A stretch of DNA of 64,000 nt from an uncultured candidatus Porisulfidus sp. (GTDB taxonomy: Bacteria; Pseudomonadota; Gammaproteobacteria; Poriferisulfidales; Poriferisulfidaceae). Location: NCBI GenBank assembly GCA_965116025.1, contig OZ220480.1:768001-832000 (forward strand), given 5' to 3'. Under the pieces are notes generated by a model. The model made no database searches. It was not told the DNA's origin and worked only from the letters and a program-made list of their open reading frames with translations. The translations under genes were made by a program, and so were the position numbers. Within the stretch, counting starts at the first letter, position 1. Every line of letters begins with the position of its first letter. This document shows positions 10,068 through 22,249 of the stretch, one piece after another.

Positions 10068-11495
10068 TCAGCTCGATCCGTTCCCGCCCGCCGGTTTCCC
10101 TCGGCGCGCGGTGGCGCTAAGCAGAGTGGAGATGTTCACCGAAAGCGCTGACAGATGAGACAGGGCGACAGCCATTCTGGATTCCAACGTCGCCAACGGA
10201 TCCTCTTCCTCCGTGAAATCTTCCACTCCCTGGTCCACGTCCCATTCACGCGCGAAACGGACCGCTTCCGAAGGGCTCATCATCCATTGCGCGTTCTCGT
10301 CCGACATCTCTGGATGCGCCATGTTGGTCAGATACGCTTGGCAATGGTAGGCTGGCTTCCCGTTTTTTGCTGGCAATTCATCGATTCCGATTCCAAATTC
10401 GCCTGGCAGACCGCGTCGGGTTCCGATAATGAGCGTTCTTCGCGACCCCCCCGGAACCGGAGCATCCAAGGGCGCGCATTCGAGGTTTGAATCCGGGTCC
10501 GATACTGGCGACCACAGCGCGTCTGGAGTCTTCGCTATCGCCGCGCGCGATTCCGCGCTCAGTCGCGTTTTGGTCACGAAGCCGATCACGCCAAGTCGGC
10601 GCAGCTCTTCTGAGCGCGATTCCGGGTCGTCGCAGAAACTGCCCGTTTCCTCCTGAAAGATCGCGCTGTCTAAATAGACGCGCACGCGCTTGATTTCGGG
10701 GGGTATGTGAGACAGCATGCGCTCCAGAAGCCGTTTTCCACGTTCCTCAATCGGATTTCCATCTCTCAGCATATCCAGGCCGACCGTGGTCCCGAACTCC
10801 GAACAGAACGCGGTCAGTGGCCGGGTATCGGTCTCGCCGCGGTTAGCCAGCGAGTCCCCACGCTGGTTTGGCGACGCGCCCATCGCGTTCAGGCTGAGCG
10901 TCAACTCTTCCAGCTCCGCCTTCTCGATTAGGAACGAGGTCAAGCGCCACGACGCGCCCTCAAATATTCGTGGGCTCGGCGCGGAGCTCGATCCATCCGA
11001 ATCTTCCCGAAAAGAGCTCAGCCACTCGTCCAGGGCGATCATGGACGGAAAGGTGCGCCGGCGTTTGCCCCGAAAGCGAGCTGCCAGCTCCTTTTTCGTT
11101 ATTCCCAGAATATCCGGTTCGCGCTCGCGAATCAGCCGGCACAGGGGACGGTCCGCCTCCAGCGTTTCTATATCCGTGATATCGTCCTTCTCGAACGCGT
11201 CCGGAAGCAACACGGACAGCGCCATTTGCCCGCAGGTCCAGCCTTTCTCGCCCACTGGCATGTCATGCAGGACTTTCGCCTCGCACAGGAGGTCCAGCCA
11301 TAGGGTGAATTTCATGTCGAGAGTGAACTCGCTTAAATCCGGGTCGCCCCGCACTTGGAACGGACTGGAAAAATTCATGCTAACGAGGCTCCAATGAGGT
11401 TTTCGCGGCGCGTCTTTCGCTTCAATCGGATGAATATCAACTAGAATCGCCCGACTACCCAAGGCGAAACCGCCATACGCCATGCCGCCGGACAT
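10068..11495 (-). CDS. Divergent IS1380-family transposase-like protein, apparently catalytically degenerate
   Basis: Colinear similarity to IS1380 Tnp segments (GWT..Q, RPL.AF.SE...LRDGNP, VRVYLDSA, GVIGF, YLTN); first DDE motif region reads LTLSLNA. Confidence 0.6.
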   Translation of the reverse strand: MSGGMAYGGFALGSRAILVDIHPIEAKDAPRKPHWSLVSMNFSSPFQVRGDPDLSEFTLDMKFTLWLDLLCEAKVLHDMPVGEKGWTCGQMALSVLLPDAFEKDDITDIETLEADRPLCRLIREREPDILGITKKELAARFRGKRRRTFPSMIALDEWLSSFREDSDGSSSAPSPRIFEGASWRLTSFLIEKAELEELTLSLNAMGASPNQRGDSLANRGETDTRPLTAFCSEFGTTVGLDMLRDGNPIEERGKRLLERMLSHIPPEIKRVRVYLDSAIFQEETGSFCDDPESRSEELRRLGVIGFVTKTRLSAESRAAIAKTPDALWSPVSDPDSNLECAPLDAPVPGGSRRTLIIGTRRGLPGEFGIGIDELPAKNGKPAYHCQAYLTNMAHPEMSDENAQWMMSPSEAVRFAREWDVDQGVEDFTEEEDPLATLESRMAVALSHLSALSVNISTLLSATARRGKPAGGNGSS

Positions 11496-11823
11496 GGTTG
11501 ATTCTTCCTGCCCATCATAGTACACCCGCTCGCGTTCTCGGATTCCCATGCGCCAAATTCCCGTGTTCGAAGCGCTAGTTGGACACCAAAATTCGTGTCA
11601 ACGGACCAACGATTTCAGGCTTCATATCCGAAGATGCCGCCCTAAACTGCCCAAGGCCTGAAGTCCTTGAATTGAATGATTCGGTGAACATCATCCTTGC
11701 TCGCTACGCTCAATTTTCAATGATGGGCGAGAGTGAATCTTCTAACCCGCATTAGAGTTGAAAGCGGTGGGAGCGCGGGACATGCTGTAAGATTTTCTGT
11801 CCCAAAACGCGCAGGAGGCTCTA

Positions 11824-12367
11824 ATGCCTGAAATTTCGGTCAAGCAACCCACTTTCAACCGTCTCAAGCGCCATGCCGAACCGATTGAAGACACGGGGGA
11901 AAGACGTAATCAATCGCGCCTTGGACGCGTTGGAGCGTGAGAGCGCGCGGGCGGATCCAGAGAAGGTCATGCCGACCGTGGGACACCAGATTGATCCCCA
12001 GGCGTTGCCAGATCTGACGCACACGAAGGTTCTGATCGCAACGGTCGCGGGCCAAAGCGTGGGCAAACCGAAATGGAAAAAGCTACTGAGAACGATGCTG
12101 GCCCACGCCATCAAGCGGGGTTCGGATATCGACCGGCTAAAGGAGGTCAGCCACGCCATGGTTCAAGGCCGAAAGGAAGATGATGGATACCTGTATTGCG
12201 AAGAAATGGGCATCTCGCTCCGGCCATTGAACGCCAATGCTTCCTGCCGAACGCTGGTGGCGGTCGCCAAGAGTCTCGGGACTGGGCTTGAGGTCGCGTT
12301 TATGTGGGGCTCCGAAGAAGGTGTTGCTCGCCCGGGCGAGATAGGCTGGTTTCGCTTGGGTGAATAG
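11824..12367 (+). pseudogene. Frameshifted hypothetical protein (small N-terminal RHH/SeqA-N-like segment)
   Basis: ATG 11824 gives MPEISVKQPTFNRLKRHAEPIEDTGE; removing one A at 11900-11902 continues into DVINRALDALE of ORF 11873-12367. Confidence 0.6.
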
Positions 12368-12521
12368 TCGTTGACGGGCCGTTGGCTTGGGTGAGACGGC
12401 GCGTCTCCTCGGGCACGGTTTCCGTGCGGAGACACCGTCGAGACTCCCCCGGATGTCGTTGAATGGCTTCAGGCTATTTCGCGATATTGCTCACTCCATT
12501 ATTCTAAAGAGGGACATTCCG

Positions 12522-13286
12522 ATGATTCAAGACGTTCGGACGCTTCTGGATCAATACCGGGTTTGGCTGAAAGACAGAACCGGTCTCCGAGAAATTGATG
12601 GCTGGGTAGAGATCACCACGCCCTATCTCGATCACCACAATGACTATCTCCAGGTTTACGTCAAGCGCGCGCGAGACGGCTTTGCGCTGACGGACAAAGG
12701 GTATGTTCTGGAAGACCTCAAGATGTCTGGATGCGAGATAGACAGTCCAAAGCGGAAGGCGCTTATCAGAATGACGCTAAATGGATTTGGCGTGCTGTTG
12801 AATGGACAGGCGCTGGAAGTCAAGGCGTCAGTGGACGACTTCGCGTTGCGGAAGCATAATCTCGTTCAGGCGATGCTCGCGGTCAACGACCTTTTTCATC
12901 CGTCCGCGTCCTTGACCACGAGCTTGTTTCACGAGGACGTGACGGCTTGGCTCGATCTTTCCCGAATCCGCTACACACCAAGCGTCAAGTTCACGGGCAA
13001 GAGCGGTTACGATCATCGCTTCGACTTCGTTATACCAAAGTCGGAGTCCGAGCCCGAACGCGTGCTACGAGTGATCAATCGCCCAAATCGCGACGCGGCG
13101 CAGGCGATGGTGTTCGCGTGGATAGAGACCAAGGAGGCGCGTCCAGCCGAGACCCGAGCTTACGCGCTGTTGAACGACTCCGAGAAAACCGTCTCCGAGA
13201 GCGTGCGGAACGCGATGCGCAGCTATCAGGTGGATCCGATTCTATGGTCGCGACGCGACGATGCCGTAAACGCTCTGATCGCGTGA
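12522..13286 (+). CDS. DUF1828/DUF1829 domain protein
   Basis: EITTPYLDHHNDYLQVYV, LVQAMLAVNDLF, FTGKSGYDHRFDFVIP. Confidence 0.82.
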   Translation: MIQDVRTLLDQYRVWLKDRTGLREIDGWVEITTPYLDHHNDYLQVYVKRARDGFALTDKGYVLEDLKMSGCEIDSPKRKALIRMTLNGFGVLLNGQALEVKASVDDFALRKHNLVQAMLAVNDLFHPSASLTTSLFHEDVTAWLDLSRIRYTPSVKFTGKSGYDHRFDFVIPKSESEPERVLRVINRPNRDAAQAMVFAWIETKEARPAETRAYALLNDSEKTVSESVRNAMRSYQVDPILWSRRDDAVNALIA

Positions 13287-13400
13287 TCCGCCTTTTTCAA
13301 GGCTTTGTGGTTGGGCCCACGTAGCTTTCTTCCAAGCAACCAAGGGTCCGTCTGCCTGACGCTGATTCGTATGCCGCGCGTTCTCTCTCGGTCCTGCTCG

Positions 13401-14585
13401 CTATTCCGCCACCCGTTTCGCGCGCAGCCACCGTGGCCCATCTAAGCGTCCGTCCGCCTGATGGATGAAGAATCTTCGCACCGCCCGGTAGCGGCCCGCC
13501 AGCTCCATCGCCAAGTCGCCCGCTTGCCGGAAGCCTTGCCACCCTCCGCCGAAGCCTAAGCGGAAGCCTTCTAGCAAGCACTGCGTCGCCCGCACCGGGC
13601 CCTTGCGGCGGCGCTCGTACGCTCGGATGGCGCGCATGCTGAGCGAGTGAATCTCGATTTCTTCCTGCAGCACGGCGGCATCCATCAACCCCAGGTTTTG
13701 GCCCAGTCCCGCCAGGGGGTGCACCACGTGCGCCGCGTCGCCCGCTAGCGCGACGCCGTCCGCGCACCAGCGCGGCGCGCAACCCCGGCCCAGTGGAAGC
13801 TTTTTGCGGGGCCCGCGAAGGCTCATCGCGCCCAGGCGTCCTCCCGTTGCCTCCATGAGCGAGATCTCGAATGCTTCCGAACTGGAATCCATCAACTCGT
13901 CGGCCCGGGTCGTCGACCACACCAGCGAATAATGACTGTTGAACAGCGGTAGCAGGGCGATCGGGCCATCCACGGTGAAGCGTTGCCATGCCGTTGGCTC
14001 GCCCGGGCGCTCGGTCTCGATCTCCGCGATGAGTGCCTGCTCTTGATACGGACGATAATCCCATTCAAGGCCAGCTAGCGAGCGGATTCTGGAATCAGCG
14101 CCGTCCGCCGCCACGACCAGGCGAGCGTCCAGTCGCTTCCCGGATTCCAGGGTCAAGGTGATGCCGGAGGCGTGGCGCTCGATCCGGGCGGCCGAGTCCG
14201 GATTCCGTAAAGTCACTCCGGCCTCTCGCGATGCCTGGTGCAACGCCCGCACCAGGACGGAGTTTTCCACGATATGCCCGAGTTGCGGCCGATTGATGTC
14301 GGATGCCAGAAACTCGATTCCGTCATGGTCGGTCTCTCCCCAAACCCGCATGCGGGTCCAAGGCGCGGTCCGGTCCAAATCCATGCGTCGCCAAGCCCCG
14401 CAGGTTCGGAGGATCTCCTCGGAGGCTGGGGTTAGCGCGAGCGTTCGGATCTCTGGCTCCGGGCCGGGCGCTTTTGGCGGGAGCTCCTGCCGCTCGACCA
14501 GCTCGACCTTCAGCCCGGACCGGGCCAGCAACGCGGCGGTGGCCAGTCCGACCGCGCCGCCGCCGACGACGATGACGTCAGACAT
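13401..14585 (-). CDS. ubiI: UbiI/VisC-like FAD-dependent ubiquinone hydroxylase
   Basis: VVGGGAVG, AADGADSRIR, LAGDAAHVVHPLAGLGQNLG; follows ubiH. Confidence 0.8.
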   Translation of the reverse strand: MSDVIVVGGGAVGLATAALLARSGLKVELVERQELPPKAPGPEPEIRTLALTPASEEILRTCGAWRRMDLDRTAPWTRMRVWGETDHDGIEFLASDINRPQLGHIVENSVLVRALHQASREAGVTLRNPDSAARIERHASGITLTLESGKRLDARLVVAADGADSRIRSLAGLEWDYRPYQEQALIAEIETERPGEPTAWQRFTVDGPIALLPLFNSHYSLVWSTTRADELMDSSSEAFEISLMEATGGRLGAMSLRGPRKKLPLGRGCAPRWCADGVALAGDAAHVVHPLAGLGQNLGLMDAAVLQEEIEIHSLSMRAIRAYERRRKGPVRATQCLLEGFRLGFGGGWQGFRQAGDLAMELAGRYRAVRRFFIHQADGRLDGPRWLRAKRVAE

Positions 14586-15816
14586 AGGCTTTTCCTTCTC
14601 TCTCGGTTTTCAGGGCTAGATCCGCTTGGGGCAGATCGGCCCCCATCCCAAAGCGAACGAGCCGGGTCCGGAAACGCGGCACGCTTTCCAACGCGAACAG
14701 GGTGGCGGCGCGCAGGCCCCGGATCAAGGGGTTTCGCGCCACGAACCCGCGGGCGAGCAGATCCGTGAAGCCAGCCACTCTTCGAGCGTCCTCGTCGCGC
14801 GTGCGCGCGTACCGCTCCAATAGTTGGGGCGCGCCCGGGTCGGTTCCCTCGCGCCGGGCCTCCCCGAGGATTTGGGCCAGCCACGCCGCGTCTCGGACGA
14901 CCAAGTTGAATCCCTGCGCCGCGACCGGGTGAAAGCCGTACGCCGCGTCTCCGATCAGGATGCCGCGGTCGCCCACCCGTCGCTGAACTCTCCGGAACGT
15001 CAGGTCATAAAAGTTTCGGGGGCCCGCCCCCTCGACTTGTCCCGCTCGCGTCCCCAGCGCCCGTCGCAGCTCTTGGAGGAATCTGTCGTCCGGCCAGACC
15101 CGGGCCCTCCGGGCCGTCTCTCGAGGCAGGGCCCATACCAAGGCTCTCCGGCCCGAGGGGTGGGGCAACAGGGCCAGAGGCCCGTCGTCCGTGAAGCGTT
15201 CGTATGCCCAGCCGTCCGCCGCGCGGTCCATCTCCACCTCGGCCACGATCGCGCTTTGGTCGTAATCCACTTCTTCCGCGCGCAATCCCAGCGCGTCGCG
15301 CAGGGTCGATCTGGCTCCGTCCGCCGCGATCAGCAAGCGGGCGCTCACGACTTTCCGCGCGTCATCCCGCTGGATTTCCAGCTCGACGCGACCGCTCCGG
15401 GACTCGACTCGCTCGACGGAGGTTTGGGTCAGGAACGCGCAATTTGGAGATCCATCGACCGCCTCGCGCAGGATCTTCGCCAGGACTCCCGCGGGGACCA
15501 CATAGCCCAAGGCTGGCAATCCCTCATCGCTAGCGCGCAGGCGGGTCGATCCGAAAGCGCCGCGCTGGGAGACGTCGATGCGCGTCACCCGCGCGCATTC
15601 GGGCGCGAGTCTCTCCCACGCCCCGATGGCGTCGAGGATGCGGCGGGAGCTTTCGGACAGGGCCAGGCCGCGCGGATCGGACAGGGCCGCCCGTCCGTCG
15701 CCGCGCTCCAGGATCGAGATTCTCCAGCCGGAAGAGCTCAACAAAACGGCCTGCGCCAGCCCGGCCAGTCCTCCGCCGGCAATGATCAGCTCGGGGTCGG
15801 GTCCCGTTTCGCTCAT
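14578..15816 (-). CDS. ubiH: 2-octaprenyl-6-methoxyphenol hydroxylase UbiH
   Basis: IAGGGLAG, VSQRGAFG, ALGYVV, AYERFTDDGPLALLP, HPVAAQGFNL; pepP-ubiH-ubiI order. Confidence 0.85.
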   Translation of the reverse strand: MSETGPDPELIIAGGGLAGLAQAVLLSSSGWRISILERGDGRAALSDPRGLALSESSRRILDAIGAWERLAPECARVTRIDVSQRGAFGSTRLRASDEGLPALGYVVPAGVLAKILREAVDGSPNCAFLTQTSVERVESRSGRVELEIQRDDARKVVSARLLIAADGARSTLRDALGLRAEEVDYDQSAIVAEVEMDRAADGWAYERFTDDGPLALLPHPSGRRALVWALPRETARRARVWPDDRFLQELRRALGTRAGQVEGAGPRNFYDLTFRRVQRRVGDRGILIGDAAYGFHPVAAQGFNLVVRDAAWLAQILGEARREGTDPGAPQLLERYARTRDEDARRVAGFTDLLARGFVARNPLIRGLRAATLFALESVPRFRTRLVRFGMGADLPQADLALKTEREGKAYV

Positions 15817-17125
15817 GACGCCTCTGACCCCACGAGACGGCAGATCTCGTCTGGATCGGTCGGCAGGTCCGCGCTCAGCACGTCGGGCCCGTGGCGGGTC
15901 ACGGCCACGTCGTCCTCGATGCGCACTCCGATGCCGTGGAATCGTTTCGGCACGCCTTTGGCGCCGGGGCGGAAATACAGCCCGGGCTCGACCGTGGTCA
16001 CCATGCCGGGTCGCAGGGTTCGCCAGTTGCCATTGACGCGGTACTCGCCGACGTCGTGCACGTCCATGCCCAGCCAGTGGGCGGTCCCGTGCATGAAGAA
16101 GGGTTTGTACGCCTCTTTTTTCCATAAAGTTGGCCATCGTCCCTTCAGCACGCCCAGATGCGTCAGCCCTCGGGTCAGAACCCGGGTCGCCGCGTGGTGA
16201 ATCTCGTTCCAAGGGTTGCCGGGCGCGCATTGATCGATGGCGGCCCGTTGCGCTTCCAGGACCAGCTCGTAGATCTCCCGTTGCGCGGGCGTGAACTGGC
16301 CGTTCACCGGCCAGGTGCGGGTGATGTCGCTAGCGTAGCCGGCGAGCATGCCGCCGCTGTCGATCAGCGCCAGGTCGCCTTCCTCAGTCCGGCGGGAGTT
16401 CTCGGAATAATGGAGCGTGCATGCGTTGGGGCCCGAGGCCACGATATCAGGGTAGGCGAACCGCATGCCGTGGCGCCGGGTCTCGTACCTCAGCTCGGCC
16501 TCTAGCTCATATTCGTGAAGCCCAGGCCGGGCTTTCGCCATGGCGCGCCGGTGCGCCCCGCCCGTGATCACGGCCGCCCGGCGCATCAGCGCGATCTCGC
16601 TTCGGCTTTTGCATAGCCGCATCTCATGGATGTCGCGGTCCAGCAACCGACATTCTTCTGGAGGGCGATGCCCGGAGCGGCTCCCCAAACGCAACTGGTC
16701 GATCCAGCGAGCGATCCGTCCGTCGAGCTCCCGGTGCCGCCCCAGCGCGTAGCACAAGGTTTTCCGCCCTTTCAGCAGGTCCGGGATCATGTCGTCCAGC
16801 CGGCCGAGCGGATAGGCGGCGTCCGCGCCGTACCGCGCGCGGGCCTCTTCCGGTCCCGCGCGCGCGCCCTCCCATCGCTCGCGAGAGGGGTCGCGCTTTT
16901 GGCAGAACATCAGAAACTCTCCGTCCGGGCGCCCCGGAAGCAACGCCGCGATGGCGCTTGGCTCGGGGAAGCCGGTTAGGTAGAGGAAGTCGCTGTCCTG
17001 GCGGTACGGCCAGTCGACGTCGCGGCTTTGGACGCGGGTCGGGGCCGAGGGGATCAGCGCCACCGCGCTCGGTCCGATCCGCCGCATGAGTTTCTTGCGC
17101 CGCCGCGCGTATTCGGCTTCGGAAA

Positions 17126-17129
<4 letters not shown>
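15813..17129 (-). CDS. pepP: Xaa-Pro aminopeptidase
   Basis: YRQDSDFLYLTGFPEP, YASDITRTWP, HWLGMDVHDVG, TVEPGLY, GVRIEDD. Confidence 0.95.
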
Positions 17130-19274
<2,145 letters not shown>

Positions 19275-19354
19275 TTATAAAAGGGATCGCGCGCCAGCGC
19301 GCCGCGAATTCCGACGTTCGCCCGCGGGGGGCTGGCGCCAAGGCGCCCCTGAGG

Positions 19355-19627
19355 TCAGGCCGGAGGCTGGGCCGCCGGGTTAATCGACACGTAGGTGCGA
19401 CTCTCGCGCCCGCGCGAGCGGAACTCCACGACGCCGTCCACTTTGGCGAACAGGGTGTGGTCGCGTCCGCATCCCACGAAGGGCCCGGGCCGGCAACGGG
19501 TGCCGCGCTGCCGAATCAGGATGGTTCCGGCGCGAACGCGCTCCCCGCCGAATCGCTTCACGCCGAGTCGCTTGGACTCGGAGTCGCGTCCGTTTCGGGA
19601 ACTGCCGCCGGATTTCTTGTGCGCCAT
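19355..19627 (-). CDS. rpmA: 50S ribosomal protein L27
   Basis: [24 protein letters not shown]. Confidence 0.98.
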   Translation of the reverse strand: MAHKKSGGSSRNGRDSESKRLGVKRFGGERVRAGTILIRQRGTRCRPGPFVGCGRDHTLFAKVDGVVEFRSRGRESRTYVSINPAAQPPA

Positions 19628-19634
19628 CCTCGCC

Positions 19635-19946
19635 TCAGACCTTGATGTCCTGGATCTCGAGCTCGGTCCAATTCTGTCGGTGCCCAGTGCGGGTTCGGGA
19701 GTTTTTCCGTCGCCGGAACTTGACCACCCGAATCTTCGGGGACCGGCCGTGGCGCGTCACTTGGGCGGCGACGCGTCCTCCCTCCACGAGCGGCGCGCCG
19801 ACATGGGCGCTCCCGTCGTCCGACACCAGCAGGACGCGGTCGAATTCGACCCGCTCGCCTGGCTCGCGCGCGAGCCGCTCCACTCGAATGATATCGCCGG
19901 GTTGGACGCGATACTGCTTTCCGCCTGTTTCAATGACCGCGCGCAT
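19635..19946 (-). CDS. rplU: 50S ribosomal protein L21
   Basis: [12 protein letters not shown]...GHRQNWT. Confidence 0.97.
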   Translation of the reverse strand: MRAVIETGGKQYRVQPGDIIRVERLAREPGERVEFDRVLLVSDDGSAHVGAPLVEGGRVAAQVTRHGRSPKIRVVKFRRRKNSRTRTGHRQNWTELEIQDIKV

Positions 19947-20017
19947 ATGGTTTCGTGGGGACCGTCGGGGGCGCGTATTCTAGCCAAATCCGGGGAGAAT
20001 GGCAAACGCGACCGCGC

Positions 20018-21157
20018 TTAGGCGATGAAGATGAAATCGAAGTCGTCGACGGTCAGGTCGCCCGCGTTGAAATCCTTCAACGTGATGGTGTCTCCCTCAT
20101 CGCCATAGCCGACGACCGTGTCCTTGCCTTTTTGCGAGATTCTCAATTTCCCGAAAGCGTCCTCGTCCAAGAGGTCCGGATCGTCAAAGAGGGGGGCTGG
20201 ACCGTCGAGGTGGAGTTGGATGATATCTCCACGACCAGATTCCCGGGCCGCCAAGAAAGCTTCGTACGTAGGGAGATAGTCACTGCTTCCGCTAAAGCCG
20301 AAGCCAAAGTCATTGATGACGTCGTTCCCATCGCCCTCGCGAAACACGAAGGTCTCGGCGCCCCAGCCACTTTCCATGACATCGTTGCCTTTGCCGCCAT
20401 TCATGATGTCGTCGCCCCAGCTGCTTTCCAGGATGTCGTTGCCCTTTCCGCCGTTCAGGGTGTCGTCGCCCCAGCCGCCTTCCAGGATGTCCTGACCCTT
20501 CCCGCCATACAGCGTGTCGTCGCCCCAACTGCCATCCAGGATGTCCTGGCCCTTCCCGCCATACAGCGTGTCGTCGCCCCAACTGCCATCCAGGATGTCC
20601 TGGCCCTTCCCGCCGCGCAGCGTGTCGTCGCCCCAGCCGCCGTTCAGGGTGTCGTTTCCATTATGTCCTTGCAGAACGCTGTCGCTCCAGCCAGCTACCA
20701 GCACGTCGTGGCCATTTCCGCCGGTCAACTCGCCATCGCCTTCCCGAACGACGCCGCCCCCCGTCTCCGCGACGGTCTCAACAAAATGAAAGTCCTCCGC
20801 CGTCAGGAGGTGATTCCCGTTCTCGTCGATCAGGTCCGCGACGTCGCGCAGGATGATCTTGTTGCCGCTGTCGTCCCACCGAATCGTGATGACGCTTTCC
20901 GAAGCGTCCACATCGAAGCGCAGGTCGTCGAACGTCCCGTCGAGTTGCGTGAACCGAATCATGTCGCCTTTCTCGAAGTCGAGGATGGTGTCGACGCCGT
21001 TCCCCCGGTCCGTCTGGAATATGAAGAGGTCCTTCTTATCGGTGGCCTGATGCGTCTCGTTCCAGTACTGAAGCTCCGGGTTCGCGTAGAGGCGCTCAAG
21101 CGTGTAAGGCGAATAGTTTTCGCTGGTGGCTTTTTCGCGGTCTCGGAATATCGCCAT
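20018..21157 (-). CDS. RTX-repeat calcium-binding protein (Trp-containing nonapeptides)
   Basis: Tandem GGxGxDxLx nonamers alternating GGWGDDTL/GGKGQDIL; no signal peptide; acidic C-terminus ending LTVDDFDFIFIA. Confidence 0.88.
   Translation of the reverse strand: MAIFRDREKATSENYSPYTLERLYANPELQYWNETHQATDKKDLFIFQTDRGNGVDTILDFEKGDMIRFTQLDGTFDDLRFDVDASESVITIRWDDSGNKIILRDVADLIDENGNHLLTAEDFHFVETVAETGGGVVREGDGELTGGNGHDVLVAGWSDSVLQGHNGNDTLNGGWGDDTLRGGKGQDILDGSWGDDTLYGGKGQDILDGSWGDDTLYGGKGQDILEGGWGDDTLNGGKGNDILESSWGDDIMNGGKGNDVMESGWGAETFVFREGDGNDVINDFGFGFSGSSDYLPTYEAFLAARESGRGDIIQLHLDGPAPLFDDPDLLDEDAFGKLRISQKGKDTVVGYGDEGDTITLKDFNAGDLTVDDFDFIFIA
20365..20725 (-). repeat. 54-bp (18-aa) tandem RTX repeat units
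   Basis: Repeated gtgtcgtcgccccaactgccatccaggatgtcc... units. Confidence 0.85.
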
Positions 21158-21201
21158 GATTTTTCTCCTCGCTGGTGGTGGATCGATCTCTGATGGCTCC
21201 G

Positions 21202-21228
21202 AGTATACCCCCCCCCCCCCCCTGTCAA
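21202..21228 (-). promoter_or_regulatory. Sigma70 promoter with poly-G spacer: TTGACA-G15-TATACT, upstream of the RTX gene
   Basis: -35 at 21228-21223, G15 (C run 21208-21222 on +), -10 at 21207-21202; 45 nt above ATG 21157, which has an AGGAG SD. Confidence 0.75.
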
Positions 21229-21346
21229 GTCAAGTCAGGCGGCTTCGCGCGGTCCTGGACGCCGTGGCGAAATCTCGCCTGAGCGACCTTCGGGGGAAGC
21301 CTCGCGCGCTCTTTATAATGAGGCCGTTCGCGTGGTATGGAAACCG

Positions 21347-22237
21347 ATGTTCAACAGTCTGTTTCTCGATGATGTCGCTGGCAACAAGAACGAGCGCCAG
21401 CAACTCGACCACCTCCTAACGATCACGGCGCCGCACGAGCGCGTCATCCTGGCGGGCATTGGCGCGATTTTGCTGGCGCTCGCGGCGTGGGCGCTGTTCG
21501 GCGCCGTCGCGCGCGACGTCACGGTCACCGGGGTTTTGCTCAAGCCCGGGGAGCGCCACGAGATCGTCTCGACCGAGCCAGGGCGCCTGGTGAGATTTCT
21601 GGTCGCGCCCGGGGACGTAGTGGAGCAGGGAGGGGCGCTCGCCCGCCAGACCGTGCCGGAACTGGAGCGCGAGGTGGCCGCCTTGCGCGACCAGGTCGAT
21701 ATGCTGGAGACGAGGGCTAGGCGGGTTGATGGCGACGACGCTCATTCGGCGCTGGCGGCGGCTCGGGAAGCGTTGTTTCGAATGGAGGCGCGGCGCGGCG
21801 CGAGAGAGACGATCGTCAGCCATTTCAGCGGCGAGGTCATGGCCTTGAGCGCGGCTCCGGGAGACTATCTGCCCGCTGGGTCGGTCGTCGCGCGGATTCG
21901 CGAGCGCGAGGCCGACGAGTCGCTTCAGGTGGCGTTGCTGGTCGACTCGCGCGTCGCGAGACGTCTCCAGGCCGGGATGCCGGCCCGAGTTGAGGTGGTG
22001 ACAGCGGGCGGAGAAACGCGCGAGGTGGAAGGAGAGGTCGAATCCATGATTTCTGATCCTCCGCCAAGATGGCTGTCCGAATTTCTGTCCGCGGACGAGG
22101 GTCTCGCGCATCGCGTCAATATCGCGCTCCGCCCCGATTCGAACGGCCTGGACGCGCCGGATGGCGCTCCGTGCCGCGCGCGGGTCGCGTTCGACCAGCA
22201 CCCGCTCGTCGCTTTCTTCGATCCTGAACGGCTCTGA
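21347..22237 (+). CDS. NHLP bacteriocin-system secretion protein (HlyD-like membrane fusion protein); start 21332 or 21347
   Basis: QLDHLLTIT, single N-terminal TM, biotinyl-like VAPGDVV hairpin, coiled coil; precedes two NHLP ABC genes. Confidence 0.8.
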   Translation: MFNSLFLDDVAGNKNERQQLDHLLTITAPHERVILAGIGAILLALAAWALFGAVARDVTVTGVLLKPGERHEIVSTEPGRLVRFLVAPGDVVEQGGALARQTVPELEREVAALRDQVDMLETRARRVDGDDAHSALAAAREALFRMEARRGARETIVSHFSGEVMALSAAPGDYLPAGSVVARIREREADESLQVALLVDSRVARRLQAGMPARVEVVTAGGETREVEGEVESMISDPPPRWLSEFLSADEGLAHRVNIALRPDSNGLDAPDGAPCRARVAFDQHPLVAFFDPERL

Positions 22238-22249
22238 TGGCCGTCTTGA

